A DNA stretch of 64,000 nucleotides from Ministeria vibrans ATCC 50519 (Eukaryota; Protista; Filasterea), in NCBI GenBank assembly GCA_943704425.1, contig CALSCP010001980.1, positions 12,306 to 76,305 on the forward strand, in the 5' to 3' direction. Shown piece after piece: positions 26,645 through 40,100 of the stretch. The notes beneath the pieces are model-generated. The model was given only the letters and a program-made list of their open reading frames with translations. It had not been told where the DNA came from and did not search any database. Made by a program: the position numbers and the translations under genes. Positions within the stretch are counted from its first letter, which is position 1. Every line of letters starts with the position of its first letter.

Positions 26645-29600
26645 CTAGGTGAGACGGCCACCTCCCGTCGAGGGCATCGCCAGGGACTCGTAGCAGGGCT
26701 CACAGACGCGCTGTGCCTTGCGCAGATCAAATTTGGGAATGGAGATTTCCTTGCACGAGCACCTGACAGAATCAGACGCAAGGGAGAGTAAGCGAGTTAG
26801 TGAGCGGGCGAGATAGAAAGTAACTAGAGTGCGTACTTGCTGCAGAGTTGGCGTCCGCAGTGGCGACAATGATGCTTCCGCTTGGTTACCGAGAACTACA
26901 CAAGAAACGTATTAGTTGAGATTCTCGCGTTATCATTCTTGTCTTTCATTTCGCATATCGCCTTACCTTGTCTTTGCACCCTTGGCAGAGCTTGGTCTCG
27001 GCCAACCATGGAAGTTCCCTCGGAATCAATTCTACAAACAAAATTGTCAAACAAATGTCCCTTTTGCTTGGCACAGAGAGAGATAGAAGAGAAATAGAAG
27101 AAAGACAATGTGACAAAGTGATAAAGAAGAGACAAAGTGATAACGTGATAAAAGGAGAGACAAAATAACAGAGAAAAACAAACACTCACCCAAAAGCTGT
27201 CTCTGGAGTCGACCGCGGTTCTCGTTGCTCATGAGGGACTGTCCGCGGTGATTCTCGACACCCACATGGGCTCCCTGACGCACCATGGCGGCACACAGAG
27301 GCTCAAAACCAGTGCCAAACGCAAGCAGAAGCGGCGAGTTGCCCTCCGAGTCCTATACGTCAAAGCAGACGGTCGTGTTGGCATCATATACTGTCTTGTT
27401 TAGCGCATTTCGAGATGCGTTTTGCGTACGAGCAGATTAATGTCGACATTGGTTCCGTATTGCAACAGCAAATCAAAGACAGCGCATGAGTTGGGGCCCG
27501 CACCAAGCGCCATAGCGTGCAACGCAGACTGGCTTCGGTCTAGAACAAACAAACAAACAAACAAACAAAAAACACCTTGTCAGAACTTGACGTCATTGGG
27601 AAGAGCACGTACGGTTTTTGAGATTAACATCAATGACACTGTCCTGAAGAAGTCTCCTACAGCAATTAACGTTTCTGTTTTCGACAGCGACATGGAGAGC
27701 ACTGTTGCCCTCGCGATCACACGCGGCCACATTGACGCCTCGTTCAAGCAGCATCGACACCACGTTGGGTTGGTCGAGGGCTGCTGCTTGGTGTAGCACT
27801 GGAACGCCGTTGCGGTCCGTCGTGTTCACATCCGCGCCAGCCTACCCCCCCCCACACACATTCGCCCACAAGTTGTAAATCAGTCGCGGCTGATGTTTGG
27901 TATTCTCGAATATACTTACGTTCAAAAGGTGCTTTGTAATGTTCTCCAGTCCCCTTTGCACTGCGAGATAGAGCGATGTCACATTGGTCGGGTCACGCAC
28001 GCGACTCTCAACATTCACATTCAGGTTAATCAAGAACTGCAAAGAGAAAAGGAAAAGAGAAATGAGGGAAAAAGAAACAAAGTGGTAGAGAAATGAAAGA
28101 GAAAGAAACAAAGTGGTAGAGAAATGAAAGAGAAAGAAACAAAGTGAGAGAAAATTGAGGGAGAAAGACACAAACAAAGACGCAAAGAAGAGCAATTGGT
28201 GTGATCAACATGTTGCGCTTGAGCTGGGAGGACAATGCACTAACCTGCACACACGACTCATCACCCGAGTCAACGGCGCAGTGTAGGAAGTTGTAGCCGC
28301 GCTTGTCAAAGTGTTCGCTGCACTGTGGGTCTTGCTCAAGCACTCTGTACGCCAGGCCGGGATTGCGCGTCACCACAGTCACCTAAGAAAACAACACACA
28401 GACACATTAGTAATCGTCTGCGCTCTTGTGCGTTGCATTCAATCTACCGCAAAGGGTGTCTGGTCTTTGTTGTTGCGAAGGGACAGGTCGACGCCCGGAT
28501 GCTGAATGATGGTGTCGACGACGTCGGGATTGTTCTCCGCAATTGCAATGTGCAGAGCAGAGTCTCCTTCGCTCGTCACCGTGTTCACCTATACATATTT
28601 TCATTCATAGAATAAATAACCACAAATAAATAGGGGAGGGGAGATTTCTTCTCGTACTGTGGCGCCCTTTTGAAGGAGAAGTTTGATGATTTCGTTCATG
28701 CCGCACTGGGCGGCCATGTGGAGGGGAGTCATGCCATCGCAGACGGCGTTCACATCGGCGCCGTTGCCAATGAGAAACAGGCCTGAAAACTCGTCGCCGT
28801 CACGGATGGCACGGTGCAGCAGCGAGGCGCCCTCGTTGTCGCGACGGTCCACGTCGCACTTGTAACGCACCAATGTGATGGCGACAGCCTCTTCTTGACG
28901 CGACAGTGCGTGCCAAAGCGGTACGATGCCGTTGGCGTCGGCTGCGTTAACATCGGCACCGCGGTTGCACAGTGCATCGACACACGACGTCATGGCGTGG
29001 TTGATGGCCAAAATAAGAGGCGTCTCGTTAGCGTCCGTCATGGTGTTGATCGAGCATCGGTTCTCCAGCAGGAAGGTAACTCCCTTGGCGTCGCCGCGCA
29101 GAATCGCTTGGTGCAGCAACGTAAGACCCTTGGTGCTGCGTGCCTCGACATCAGCACCATTGGCGACCATGCGAGTCGCGGCTGTTGTGAGGCCCTTGAT
29201 GAGGGCCAGGCCCAGCGGTGAGTCGTCGTTGGCATTGCGCACGGCAAGATCGCACTTGTTCGAGTCGAGCAGGGCAAAAACGGCATCAATGTGCTTGCCG
29301 TCGAGTGCAACGTGCAGCGGCACGCACTTGGCCTCGTCGGCAACGTTAACATCGGCGCCCTTGGCGAGTAGTCGCTGCAGAATGATCATCTTGCCCTGTG
29401 CACACGCCAGATGCAGCGGCGTCTCGCCAGCCTTGTTCTGCACATCAATGGACGCACCATTCTCAATGAGAAACAACGCGGCCGTCTCCATCGACGGATT
29501 GCGCACGGCCAAGTGCAACAGAGTCTCCTTGTTGGCGTCGGGGGCGTCGCAGTCGACTCCGCGGTCCACGAGAGTCTTGGCGAGCGCCTCCTTGCCGGCC

Positions 29601-30253
29601 ATGAGCGCGAGCCACAGTGCTGTGCGTTCCTTGTTGTCACGCAGATTGAGTGCAATGGTGGGTCCGGCAAGGAGGAGCTCAACACATGCATCGTGCGTAT
29701 TAGAAATGGCAACATGCAATGGCGTTGACCCTTCCGCGTCTTGCGCATTCAAATCCACATTGTTTTGCATCAGCAACTCCACCAGCGTGCGCATGCCCTG
29801 TCGTGTTGCAATGTGCAGTGCAGTCAGTCGCTTCAAACTCGTTGTCGCATTCACCGACGCTCCATTCCGAATGAGAAACGCCGCCGAGTACTCATCGCCT
29901 CGCTGCAGCGCCAGATGCAAGAGCGTCTCGCCTGTCGACGTGTCCGTCAGGTTGGGGTCACACCCGTGCGAGATCAGCGTCATTGCAATGCTCTCGCGTC
30001 GTCCCTGCAGAGCAATGTCAAGTGCACCTGAACAAAATTTACAATGTGAGAAAAACATTACAATTGTCGTTGTCGAAATACATTGGGAATTTTCACTGTC
30101 GCGTTCATCAAGTTTGGTCTTGAGCTGACGATCAAACTCGACAATGAAGAGAAAGACAATGTCCTCACGGCCCTGTTTGATGGACATGTGCAGTGGGGTG
30201 TTTGTGACGCGTTTCATCAGCTCGTACATCAGTCGTGCCGGCATCACATCAAA
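26645..30253 (-). CDS. ANKFY1: Rabankyrin-5 (ankyrin repeats + FYVE); N-terminal BTB exons absent
   Basis: PLHMSIKQGREDIVFLFIVE, many ankyrin repeats, FYVE RKHHCRHCGRQLCSKCS...RVCEPC. Confidence 0.93.
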
Positions 30254-30274
30254 CTGTGTGAGAGAGAGAGAGAG

Positions 30275-30366
<92 letters not shown>

Positions 30367-30417
30367 GTGAGGGAGAGGGAAAAAGGATAACATGAAGACA
30401 GGGCGAGAATGGGTTAC
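30254..30417. repeat. (GA)n-containing intron joining the NAA35 and ANKFY1 halves
   Basis: About 100 bp GA tract between a GTAACC donor (30417) and a CAG acceptor (30254) on the minus strand. Confidence 0.85.
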
Positions 30418-32844
30418 CACTGCGTTAGGATAGGTGGTGGCCTTGAGAAAGTCGTTGTAGCTGACAAAGGCAGGGGCGGTGAGACGCAGGAAGGGAGCAA
30501 AGCGATGGGTGTAGAGAACGGACGAGTAAGAAGGTTCAACGCACTCGGAAGGGACGTGGGGCGGAAGGGGAATGCGCAGAACATGCAAGACCAAGTAGAG
30601 GGCGGTCGCCAGCTGATACTGCCCCACCGCCTCGTCCATCTCTTGCTGCTGCGTCCCCGTCACCGACAACCCGCTTTTCTCGTCGTTGCCTCCCGATGCA
30701 CCGGACGCCGTCGCCCCCTTGCCCTTCTTTTTGGCTCCTCCACCACCACCTTATCGAAAGAAGAGAAGAAAATGTTTAGAATACACTAACATAAGTTAGA
30801 AGGTACAACCGACCTTTGGACTGGAGCGCAGCGCGCATGAGCCCAATCTCTTCACCAATACTGTTGAGTCGAGTGTTGATGTATTGCAGGTACCTAAGAT
30901 ATACAAGAGGATTAATATGAAAGACACATAGGCCTGATTCACTGACCAGTAGACAGAATGATGTTCGTGAGGGAGATAGAGGTCGAGGTGGAAGCCAAGG
31001 ACGAGAAAGCGTCGCATGATGCGGGCGGTGAGGCGGAAGGCCCAGAAGCCAAAATGAGATGGGCAAGTGGGATAGGCGGCTGCGAGAGCGTCGTCGGCGG
31101 CATCGGCGTGCGTCTGGATGAGCGAAAGGTCGTCGGAGAGGTGCGCGATGGAGCGACGCTGGCGGGCCGGGTTGAGCGAGAGCATGCGCAGAATTTCCAC
31201 AAGGGGTTTGATGGCGGCACGGAGAAAGTCACGAACCAGAGCGGCGGGCGACGGCGGGTCAGTGCTGGTGGTAGGCTTGGCGGAGTCCATGGCAAGCCCG
31301 GTAAGAATGTGCGGGTTGCGCGTTGTCTCGTGCAGGTCATTGCGGATGAGCGTCGCAGGTGAGATGCGACCAAAAAAGAGACGCTCTTGCCAGATGCAGG
31401 TGAAGAGACGGGCACGCGAGAGAATACAGGGCGTCGTGTCGGAGAAGTCAATGAGAAAGTTGAAAATATGCTCGAGAGTGGAGGAGACGGGAGCAGGGGA
31501 GGGTGGAGGAGGAAGATCGGGGAATGCACCCGAAGAGGGCTGGTGGGGAGCAAGTGCTGCCAGAGGGGCCTGGAGACAAACCGAGAGGACGGTAGAGACG
31601 TGTAAGAGACGATCCAGGAGACTCGAGAAGGCGGCAAGGGAGTCAGTGCGGCTGAGGAGAGTGACGGGGCGGGGCGGGGAGGCGCCCAGAAGATGGTAGT
31701 TGATGAGCGGAAGAAAGACGCTGGGGACTAGGTGGGCACTGTAGTCGGTGTCATCGAGCAGCGCCAATTGGCTTTGGGCGTGTGAGAGCGACTTTTCCGC
31801 ACTCTTGAGACCCTTGCCTCGCTCCTTTTCAAAGTGCGTAAGTGCCGTGTAAAATGAGCGACGCGCACGCAATCGTGCAAGGACCGCGTCACACAGAACG
31901 ATCTCGTGGGCGGCGTCAGCGTGCCACAGCGGCTGAAGACGATCGACGGCAGAGCCCTCCTTGAGAAGGCGCTTGCACTGGCGCTGACGGTGCAGAATGA
32001 GCTCTTCAGCGTCTGCAAGGCATCCCATGGCACGCGCGCTCGTCAGGTCCGCACACGTGCCAAAGCCACTTGTGGTCGAGAGGAGATCTTCTTCGCGAGC
32101 GACGCCTGAACGTGAGACAACCATTCGAATCATGTCGCATGTTTTGAGCATGACAAGGGAGTAGGCGGCGAGAACCGGATCGCGCAACACATTGAGCGGA
32201 TTGCGGTGCAGGTAGACACAAGTAAAGAGGGTCTGTGCGAGCATCTCGCCCTTGAGCCACGATTGCTCCATCACCAGAAGCTCGTCCATCACAGCGAGGG
32301 TTTCTTCGGCGGTGAAGCCGTCCAATTTAATTTCGTCCTGCAGCGAGTCCAGCGAAACCGTCTGAATGCACCCGCCGTCCTCTGAGATCTGCGACATGCC
32401 TGCGTCCATTTTGGGATCCATCAGCTCCAATGCCGACATGGCTTCAAACAGCGTAAATCGCTCCGCTTCAACAAGCTCCCCCGTGTCCAGCGTCGCGGCA
32501 TGAGCGCTGTGTGTCAGAGATGAAGAGATAGAGATTGAGATTGAGAGAAAGAGAGAGAGAAAAAAAAGACCAACACATAAGGATGAGCAATATGTGAAGC
32601 ACCAAGAGAAAGAAGCACAACGAGGTCATGGACCACAGCGAGCATGAACGTCTCGCAAGGCGTGGAAGCGAACAACTCACCGAAAGTCGTCTGTGTAGTC
32701 GGTCCAAGCGGATTCGTCGTCGAAGTCGTGCCGCTCGTCAAAGAGGGCCTCAGGCTCGCCTGCGGGCACTCGATGTTCGTCTTGTGTCTCGTTGAGTGCT
32801 AGAGCAGACTCTAACAGCTGATTGAGTTGGTCCTGTTGCGACAT
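30418..32844 (-). CDS. NAA35: NatC auxiliary subunit NAA35/MAK10; C-terminal end missing
   Basis: FTLFEAMSALELMDPKMDAGM, WLKGEMLAQTLFTCVYL, NPARQRR, LGFHLDLYLPHEHHSVYWYL, HRFAPF. Confidence 0.95.
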
Positions 32845-32957
32845 GAAGAAAAGTGTGAGTAATTTTAATCATTTATCCAAAGTTTGACAGCTCCCCAATC
32901 ACAATGCAGTTATTGTACTGAATTGTCAAGAAAAACAATCAGAGTCGAATCAGTCAA

Positions 32958-32971
32958 GTGAGTCGACTCAC
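32958..32971. promoter_or_regulatory. Perfect 14-bp palindrome GTGAGTCGACTCAC in the NAA35/TBC divergent promoter
   Basis: Self-complementary; lies between divergent ATGs at 32844 and 33128. Confidence 0.35.
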
Positions 32972-33127
32972 GAGCCACGAGGAGGGATCAGGTCGTGGAT
33001 TGAATGTTTTTCTGGTCAAAAACTGATTCTGATCACTCTCACTAAGACTTGCTCACTACACTTTTTTACGCTTTTATTTTGCAATTGGCTGTGTTGACAG
33101 TGTGTGTTTGTACTGACAGAGCGGACG

Positions 33128-35009
33128 ATGAGCACGTCAAAGACTCCCGTGACGCGCGAGCAATGGGAAAGTTTCATGGATGGCGATGGGCGTGTTGTGG
33201 CCTACAAGTACGCCTGCTGGGCGCCCCGTGGCCGCCGCTCCCTCCCTCCCTCCCCTCCCCTCATTCTGGCCGGGACTTGGCTGTCTCATCCAGACTGCAT
33301 CAGTCTCGTTGAGACGTTGCTTGGCACTTTCTCCCTCTTTTTTTAATTGATAATGTTTTGCGAACTTTAGTGACTTTGCTTTCTCTCATTGACTCTCTCT
33401 CTCTCTCTCTGCTATTCTTTGACGTTGTAGTGATCTAAAGCGACTCATTTTTCGACACGGCATCGAAGGCAACGAACTGCGCCGCGAGATTTGGAAGTTT
33501 CTGTTTGGGTTCTACTCGTTCCATTCGACCTACAGTGAGCGCGAGACGATCACGCGCGAGAAGCACGCACAGTACTTTGCGCTGCGCAAACGGTGGCTCA
33601 CCGAGTACGAGCAGGGTGAGGGGCAAGTGCTTGTGCAGAGCGTCGAGCAGCAGAGTGGCCAGGCGTTCTCGGTGGATTCGGTGCTTGCCGACATCTACGC
33701 AAAGCGTCTCAAGTTTGACCTTGAAGTGTTTCGCGACAATGCCTATCAGGTACTGTGAAGTAGAACAATGTAATATCTTTGGACAACGCATTTTACGTTT
33801 GCATGTGTGTGTGTGTGTGCGTGCGTAGGTGGACAAGGATGTGCCGCGCACGGACCGCGAACTGGAGTACTTTAACACAACACTGAGACCTGAGAACACA
33901 GTAAAGCTGCGCAACATCCTCATGACGTACTCGGCATTCCATCCCGAGGTACACACATTGGCAATAAACAGTCATCGGTCAAACTGATCGAGCTATGTGT
34001 GTGTGTGTACATTGCGTGCTATACTACAGGTGGGGTACGTGCAAGGCATGAACGACGTGCTGTCAATGATGTTGGTGGTGTTGGACGACGAGGCGGACAC
34101 TTACACATGCTTTGCCTCGCACATGCTCAACGTTGCCTTTGACTTCCAACCCGTCGGAATGAAGTCAGTCGCACTCACACACAACGCGCGGACGACTCAC
34201 TTGCTCACCCACGCATTCATTCTCTCGCAGGTGGAAGCTCAAGTGTATGGGGTCGCTTCTGAAGCTGATGGACAGTGCTCTCTACTCGCACATCTCCGAA
34301 CGGGAGGCGGGTGAGCTCTTCTTCTGCCATCGATGGCTCCACGTCTCATTTAAGCGCGAGTTCTCCTTTGAAAACGTATTCATATTTTTTTTACTTCCCT
34401 CTTTGAGAATGAGATTGACTGTGTTGGTGTTGTTTGCAGGCGGTGAGATTATTTGAGACGATTGGCACTCAGTATGTGGGAAACACAGTGCCAGTACCAG
34501 CGCCAAAGTCGCAGATGGAGGTGAGACGGATCCAAGCTGACTCACTCGGCACTCATTCTTTTGCTCGTACCTGTAGAACCCGTCTCAAGAGACAGAGCAG
34601 GAAAAGGCGCGCAAGAGAGAGGACAAGCGGACGCAGAAGCGGAAGGTGTCGGAGCAAGAGGCACACAAACTGGATGTGATGGAAATGGGCTACACCTTTG
34701 AGCTGTTCTTCTCGTTGGCCATTCTCAAGCGCGAACGAGAGCGATTGCTTCAGACCGAAGACATTGCGGATATTTATGCGCTGGTGAATGGCCTTGTCGG
34801 AAAGGTAAGAGCTTTCGGATGAGTGAGTAGGACTCACTCTTTGTGTCTCGTTTGCGGCATAGCTGGATTTGGATGAGATTCTTGCGTCTGCAGAAGAGAC
34901 ATTTGCCGAGTACTGTGAACGGGTGCGCGATCGCATTGCCGTAGACGATGGACTGCCGTTGCTGGAGGGCGAGGAGGACGACGACGACCACGACCCAGCA
35001 CACGCGTAG
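33128..35009 (+). CDS. TBC-domain Rab GTPase-activating protein (TBC1D15/16/17, Gyp7-like)
   Basis: LRREIWKFLFG, VDKDVPRTDR (Arg finger), VGYVQGMNDV (Gln finger), FFCHRWLHVSFKREFSF. Confidence 0.93.
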
Positions 35010-35166
35010 CCAGACTCTTCGTAAACATTAAGTATGATTTTTGTGTACTTCTCCTTGGACTTCTCTTTCGACTCAGTCGCTTTGTTTCTTCTTCTTCTTT
35101 CTCTCGCTCTCTCCTCTCTCGGAGTCTCTCGATGTATCTCTCTCACACATAGACATAGACAGACTT

Positions 35167-37115
35167 TCAATCACTTTCTTCTTCGTCTTCTTCCTCCTCC
35201 TCCTCCTCCTCCTCCTCCTCGGGTCGTGCTGCGTCTTCCTCTTCCACTGTTGGGTCCGCACACTCCTCCATTTCGCGCGCACATTCCGTTGCAATCTCGT
35301 CGCTTAAGGTTGAAGGCGCATACTCTCCGTCGCGTGTCTTGATGCCCCACCCCACATACAAATTTGCATACTCTCGCGTCCCTCCCACCGCATACGAATG
35401 CGCTCCCTTCCATCGGTTTGACGAGACCACCACCGGCGCAAACTCCTCTCCGTTTGCCGCTCCACCCACCAGAGACCCCAGTACACTGCTGCGACGCACT
35501 GTCCACGCACTCGTCCGCCCTCCATCCAGCGGCTCGTCGTCGCTCGCCGCCGTCAGCAGCATGGGCCCTTCCTCAGGCTCCTCCTCTTCCTCCTCCTCGC
35601 CGCCCATCACCTCGCCCTCGTCTTCGTCCTCCTCCTCTTCGCCCATGTCCTCCTGCTCGTCCCGCGTGCTCACCCAGCTTGTGCGCCCTTGCTCCAACAC
35701 ATGCTGCACAATGTGCGTCCAGTTCTCCATGCGTGTGTCCGCCAGCTCGTCACCCGTCAATGGCTCCCACTCGTCGTCCTCGAGCCAGTATGTGCGTGCA
35801 GCGTCGTCCTCCTCTTCGTCCTCCTCGTCGAACATACACAGTCCGAGAGGCGCTAGGTGAGTTCCCGCCGAAATGCGCGCAATCTGCGCACGCAGCAGCT
35901 GCGCCTCGCGTCCCGGAAAGGGCGGATGTGCGGGCACGGGAGCATTGAGACGGCCCGTCAACAGACGCGTAATCTGACGTGCGCTGTGGATCTGCTGCGG
36001 CGTGACCATAGGTAGACGTGTCCATGCAGCCGACGGTGTACTCGTCACAAAGTACACGTACTTGTTCACGCCCACACCAAACTCTTCGCTCTCCGGCAAA
36101 ATCGGTTCGCGGTACTTGGATTTAGGCAGAGGTCGCCGCGTGTGGTTCGACGGCGCTGGTGCCCCCTCGAGATCGCCATCGATATTCACTTCGTTGTCGG
36201 GGTCGACTGGCTGTGAGGCCACGTGCAAATCGGGCTCCTGATCGAGTTCACTGTCATCCGGCTGCCATGCATTGCTCATTTCACACTCGGCCACGTAGTA
36301 GTTGCTCTCACGTCCAAAAATCTTCCCCCAAAAGCGCACCCTGTCCACCGGCTCGCGCTGGACAAGGAGACGCAAAGCAAGGAGCACTCGAATGCTCTCA
36401 CTTACGCCCAGTCCCACGCCACACGACTGAAAGCGTTGTGCTTGCAGCACCAAGTTGGGCATGTCAACTTGACTGAGCGAAGCCGGTGCTGCAGCTCCAC
36501 TCGCGTCGTGTAATTCGGAGTCATCACCGAGCAGCGGTCGTCCGAGTTGCGCTTGGGCGACACGGTGCGATGTGGTCACCGCGTCCATTTTAGGGCCCGG
36601 GGCGCTATTGTGGGCATCCTCCTGTGCCACACGCAGGCGTTTCACGTCGAGTGACACCTGTTCGAGTGTGTCTACAGCGTTGTCCGGTCGCTCAAGCAAC
36701 AAGCGATCCACAACATCGGTCAAATGATCGAATCTACAGGATAAAGCACGTTGCTGTTGCGTCAGAACTGTACCGTTGCTTGTCCCACTAAGGGGGTGGG
36801 GGTGCCAGTCTCGGCGACCAGCGTAAAACTCATTTTTCTTTTCATCCACTATTTTGGTTGCTAGGGGGAATGGTTGTCATGTGAAGAGAAAAAAAGTATG
36901 ACACGAGCGGCTGAACCGACGAGAAAGAGTGTACTGTGTAGGCAAGAATATTGCAGGGGGGCTTGGCATCTGCCATGCGACGTCGACAGGTGGTGGTAAA
37001 ATGCAGAGCGACATTTTAATAATTCTTTTTTGTTTCCCCTTAGTCCTTACAAGTTGAGTCCCGTCTCTGAAGACACCTGCAAACAATACGCTTGGGCACT
37101 CTCTAATGTTGCCAT
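35167..37115 (-). CDS. RSPH4A: Radial spoke head protein RSPH4/6; exon 1 37051-37115, intron 36734-37050
   Basis: MATLESAQAYCLQVSSETGLNL|FDHL..., RFWGKIFG...NYYVAE, GVGVNKYVYFV, FPGREAQLLRAQIARISAGT, SNRWKGA, ANLYVGWGIK. Confidence 0.95.
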
Positions 37116-37190
37116 TTGATCAAAGAAGGAAACAATTTGAATTTATCTACTTTCTATTACTTTTTATGAAAAAAAATCAATTTTCTCTTC

Positions 37191-40100
37191 ATGTTTCTGC
37201 TCTCATTCTCACTCCCACAACTGTCAATTGAGCGCGCTGAGCGTGTCACTGTTGCCACGGATGGCACAGCATTGATTCAGGTGGCGCCAGATAGCGAGTC
37301 TGCGACGCTCGTGGCGCTGCTGGAAGCGGTGCGCAACGCCTGGGTTGATGGGGTGGACACCGTCGAAGAAGCGACGCAGTGGCTCGACCAGGGCGCCGCA
37401 CGGGTACGAATGCACGCCCCCCGCACACTCTCCTTCGTCCTGCTCGCGTCCCCGTATGCTGCTAACCGCGCCGCCGCTGTTGTCTTTTTCTCAGGTGGTG
37501 ATGAAATCGACGGCCCATCGCGCCGCACTTCTCGAGGCTATCCCACACGATCGCCTTGCCGTGGCAGGCGCCACCGGCGATCCCCAGCTTCCGGCGGCCG
37601 TGGCTCAGATTGTGGCAGACAAGGAGGCGGCGCTGGCTTTGAAGGGGTCCTCCGAGACGGCGTTGATTGTGGTGCGCAATGGGTCCACGGCAGATGTTGC
37701 GGCGCTCGACAAGGCGGGCATTGTGTGCTGCCTTGACGTGAGCGGCGAGGACGAGGATGACAGCAAGATGCTGAGTGCGACGTATGCGTCGGTGTTGCAG
37801 AGCGACCGTGCCGATGGACTGTGGACGACAATGGTGGTGGACGAGAGAGGCGTTGCATTGGGTCTGGTCTACTCGAACGAAGCGTCGCTGTGTGAGTCGT
37901 TGCGCACCCGTCGCGGTGTGTTTCACTCGCGCAAGCGTGGATTGTGGCGCAAAGGCGAGACGAGTGGCGCCATTCAAGAGTTGCTGGGTGTGTCGGTCGA
38001 CTGCGATCGCGACTGCCTTGTGTTTCGCGTGCGTCAGCACGGCAGTGGTTTCTGCCACCTGAACACGCGCACGTGCATGGGCGACGACCGAGGACTGGGA
38101 TACCTGGAGCGCACTCTGCGTCAACGGCGTGAGAATGCTCCCTCTGGCTCCTACACGGCGCGCCTGTTTAGCTCGCCGGCGATGCTCGGCGCCAAGTTGC
38201 GCGAGGAGGCGGACGAGCTGGCGCGCGCCGAGACGCCGCGTGAAGTCGCTCTCGAGGCGGCCGACGTGCTTTTCTTTGCACTGACTCGCTGTGTTGCCGA
38301 AGGTGTTACACTTGATGACGTGGAGGCGGTGCTGGACCGACGCAGTCGCAAGCTCACGCGCCGACCCGGCAACACCAAGAAGCAGTTTGAGGCGAAGCCC
38401 AAGGTGGCTGTTGTGGACGCCGAGAAGGCCACAGAGGAAACGCCAGAGCAGGCCGAGAAGGCCACACCAGAGCAGAGTGCGACGGAAATTTTGCGACCGT
38501 ACGTTCTTGAGGATTTGAGCGAGGGCGAGCGAGCGCGGGTGTGTCAGCGACCGGCGCAGGACATGGCGTCAGCGGAGGTGGTGCGCGAGCGCACTCGGGC
38601 GATTGTGGAGCGAGTGCGGACGGAGGGGGACGAGGCGGTGATCGAGCTGACACACAAGTTTGATGGGTGTGACATGCGCGAGGAAGGGACACCCGTTGTG
38701 GACACGGCAACGGTGCTGGCGGCCGCCATGGCCAAGCTGAGTGGGTCGGTGCGCAGTGCCATTGACCTTGCCTTTGGCAACATTGAGCGTTTTCATCGGG
38801 CGCAAGTCGACAAGGACGCGACGACGCTGTGTGTCGAGACGGCCGCGGGTGTGACGTGCAGTCGACACACGCGTGCACTGCACACCGTCGGTCTGTACGT
38901 GCCCGGCGGCTCGGCGGTGCTTCCGTCGACGGCCATGATGCTGGGCATTCCGGCCATGGTCGCCGGATGTACGCGCATAGTCCTTGCGTCGCCCCCCGCC
39001 CGCGACGGCTCGCTTTGTCCCGAGATTGTCTACATTGCCAGCAAGGTTGGATGCAAGTCTATTGTGCGCGCCGGTGGTGCCCAGGCCATTGCAGGTACCC
39101 AATAATTGTGTGGTCAGCATAGTATGAATTGGTATTGAACATTGTCTCTCTGTGCACCAGCTATGGCATATGGCACGGCGACTGTGCCCAAGTGCGACAA
39201 GATCTGTGGACCGGGCAATCAGTATGTGACGGCGGCCAAGATGTTGGTGCAGACGGATACACGCGCCATGTGCAGCATCGACATGCCCGCTGGTCCTTCT
39301 GAGGTGTGTGTCCCCTCTCGCGTGCCACTCACTCACTTTTCACTTTCTTTGTCTTCTTGTTTATCTTTCTATCTCTTTGTTTTTTCTTCCTCTTCCTCCT
39401 CCTCATCCTCCTCTCTCTTCTTCTTTTAGCTGCTAGTGATTGCCGATCGATCTGCTCGTCCTGACTTTGTTGCCAGTGATCTGTTGTCGCAGGCGGAGCA
39501 TGGCCCCGACAGCCAAGTGGTGCTGGTCACCGTGTCTCTCACGCCCGATCAGGTACACAGTTGGCACGCATACACTCAGACAGTCAGATAATGCTTATTC
39601 TTTGAATGTACTGTAGATCAAAGCAATTCAGCAGGAGACACAGGCACAGCTGGAGCGCCTTCCTCGACGCGACATTGCTCGTGTCGCCCTGTCCAAGTCC
39701 TTCCTTATGCAGACCACATCTCTCTCTGATGGTACCCTTCCCACTCACTCTATTTAGACTCACTTTGCCTCACTTACACTCACATTCTCTATCATTTTGT
39801 TTATTATCTCTTTTTTGTTTCTTCTCTTCTCTCTCTCTATCACTTTGTTTCTTTCTCCCTCCTCTCTCTCTCTCACTTTGTTTCTTTCTCCCTCCTCTCT
39901 CTATCTCACTTTGTTTCTTTCTCCCTCCTCTCTCTCTCACACACTTTGTTTCTTTCTCCCTCCTCTCTCTCTCTCTCTCTGGTGATAGCTTTGGCGTTTG
40001 CCAATGAGTATGCGCCCGAGCATCTGATTGTCAATGCCGACTACGGTCCCGACGATGATCAACTCATGTCTGGCGTGCGCAATGCCGGTTCTGTCTTCCT

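Noticed and set aside
28926-30128. 400-aa antisense ORF over ANKFY1, and similar antisense ORFs over DRC7, HIS4 and BAG6
   Set aside because: Shadow ORFs of GC-rich coding strands with no recognisable domains.
36734-36849. ORF-track N-terminus MDEKKNEF... for RSPH4/6
   Set aside because: It is intronic read-through; exon 37051-37115 supplies the conserved AQAY...GLNLFDHL start.
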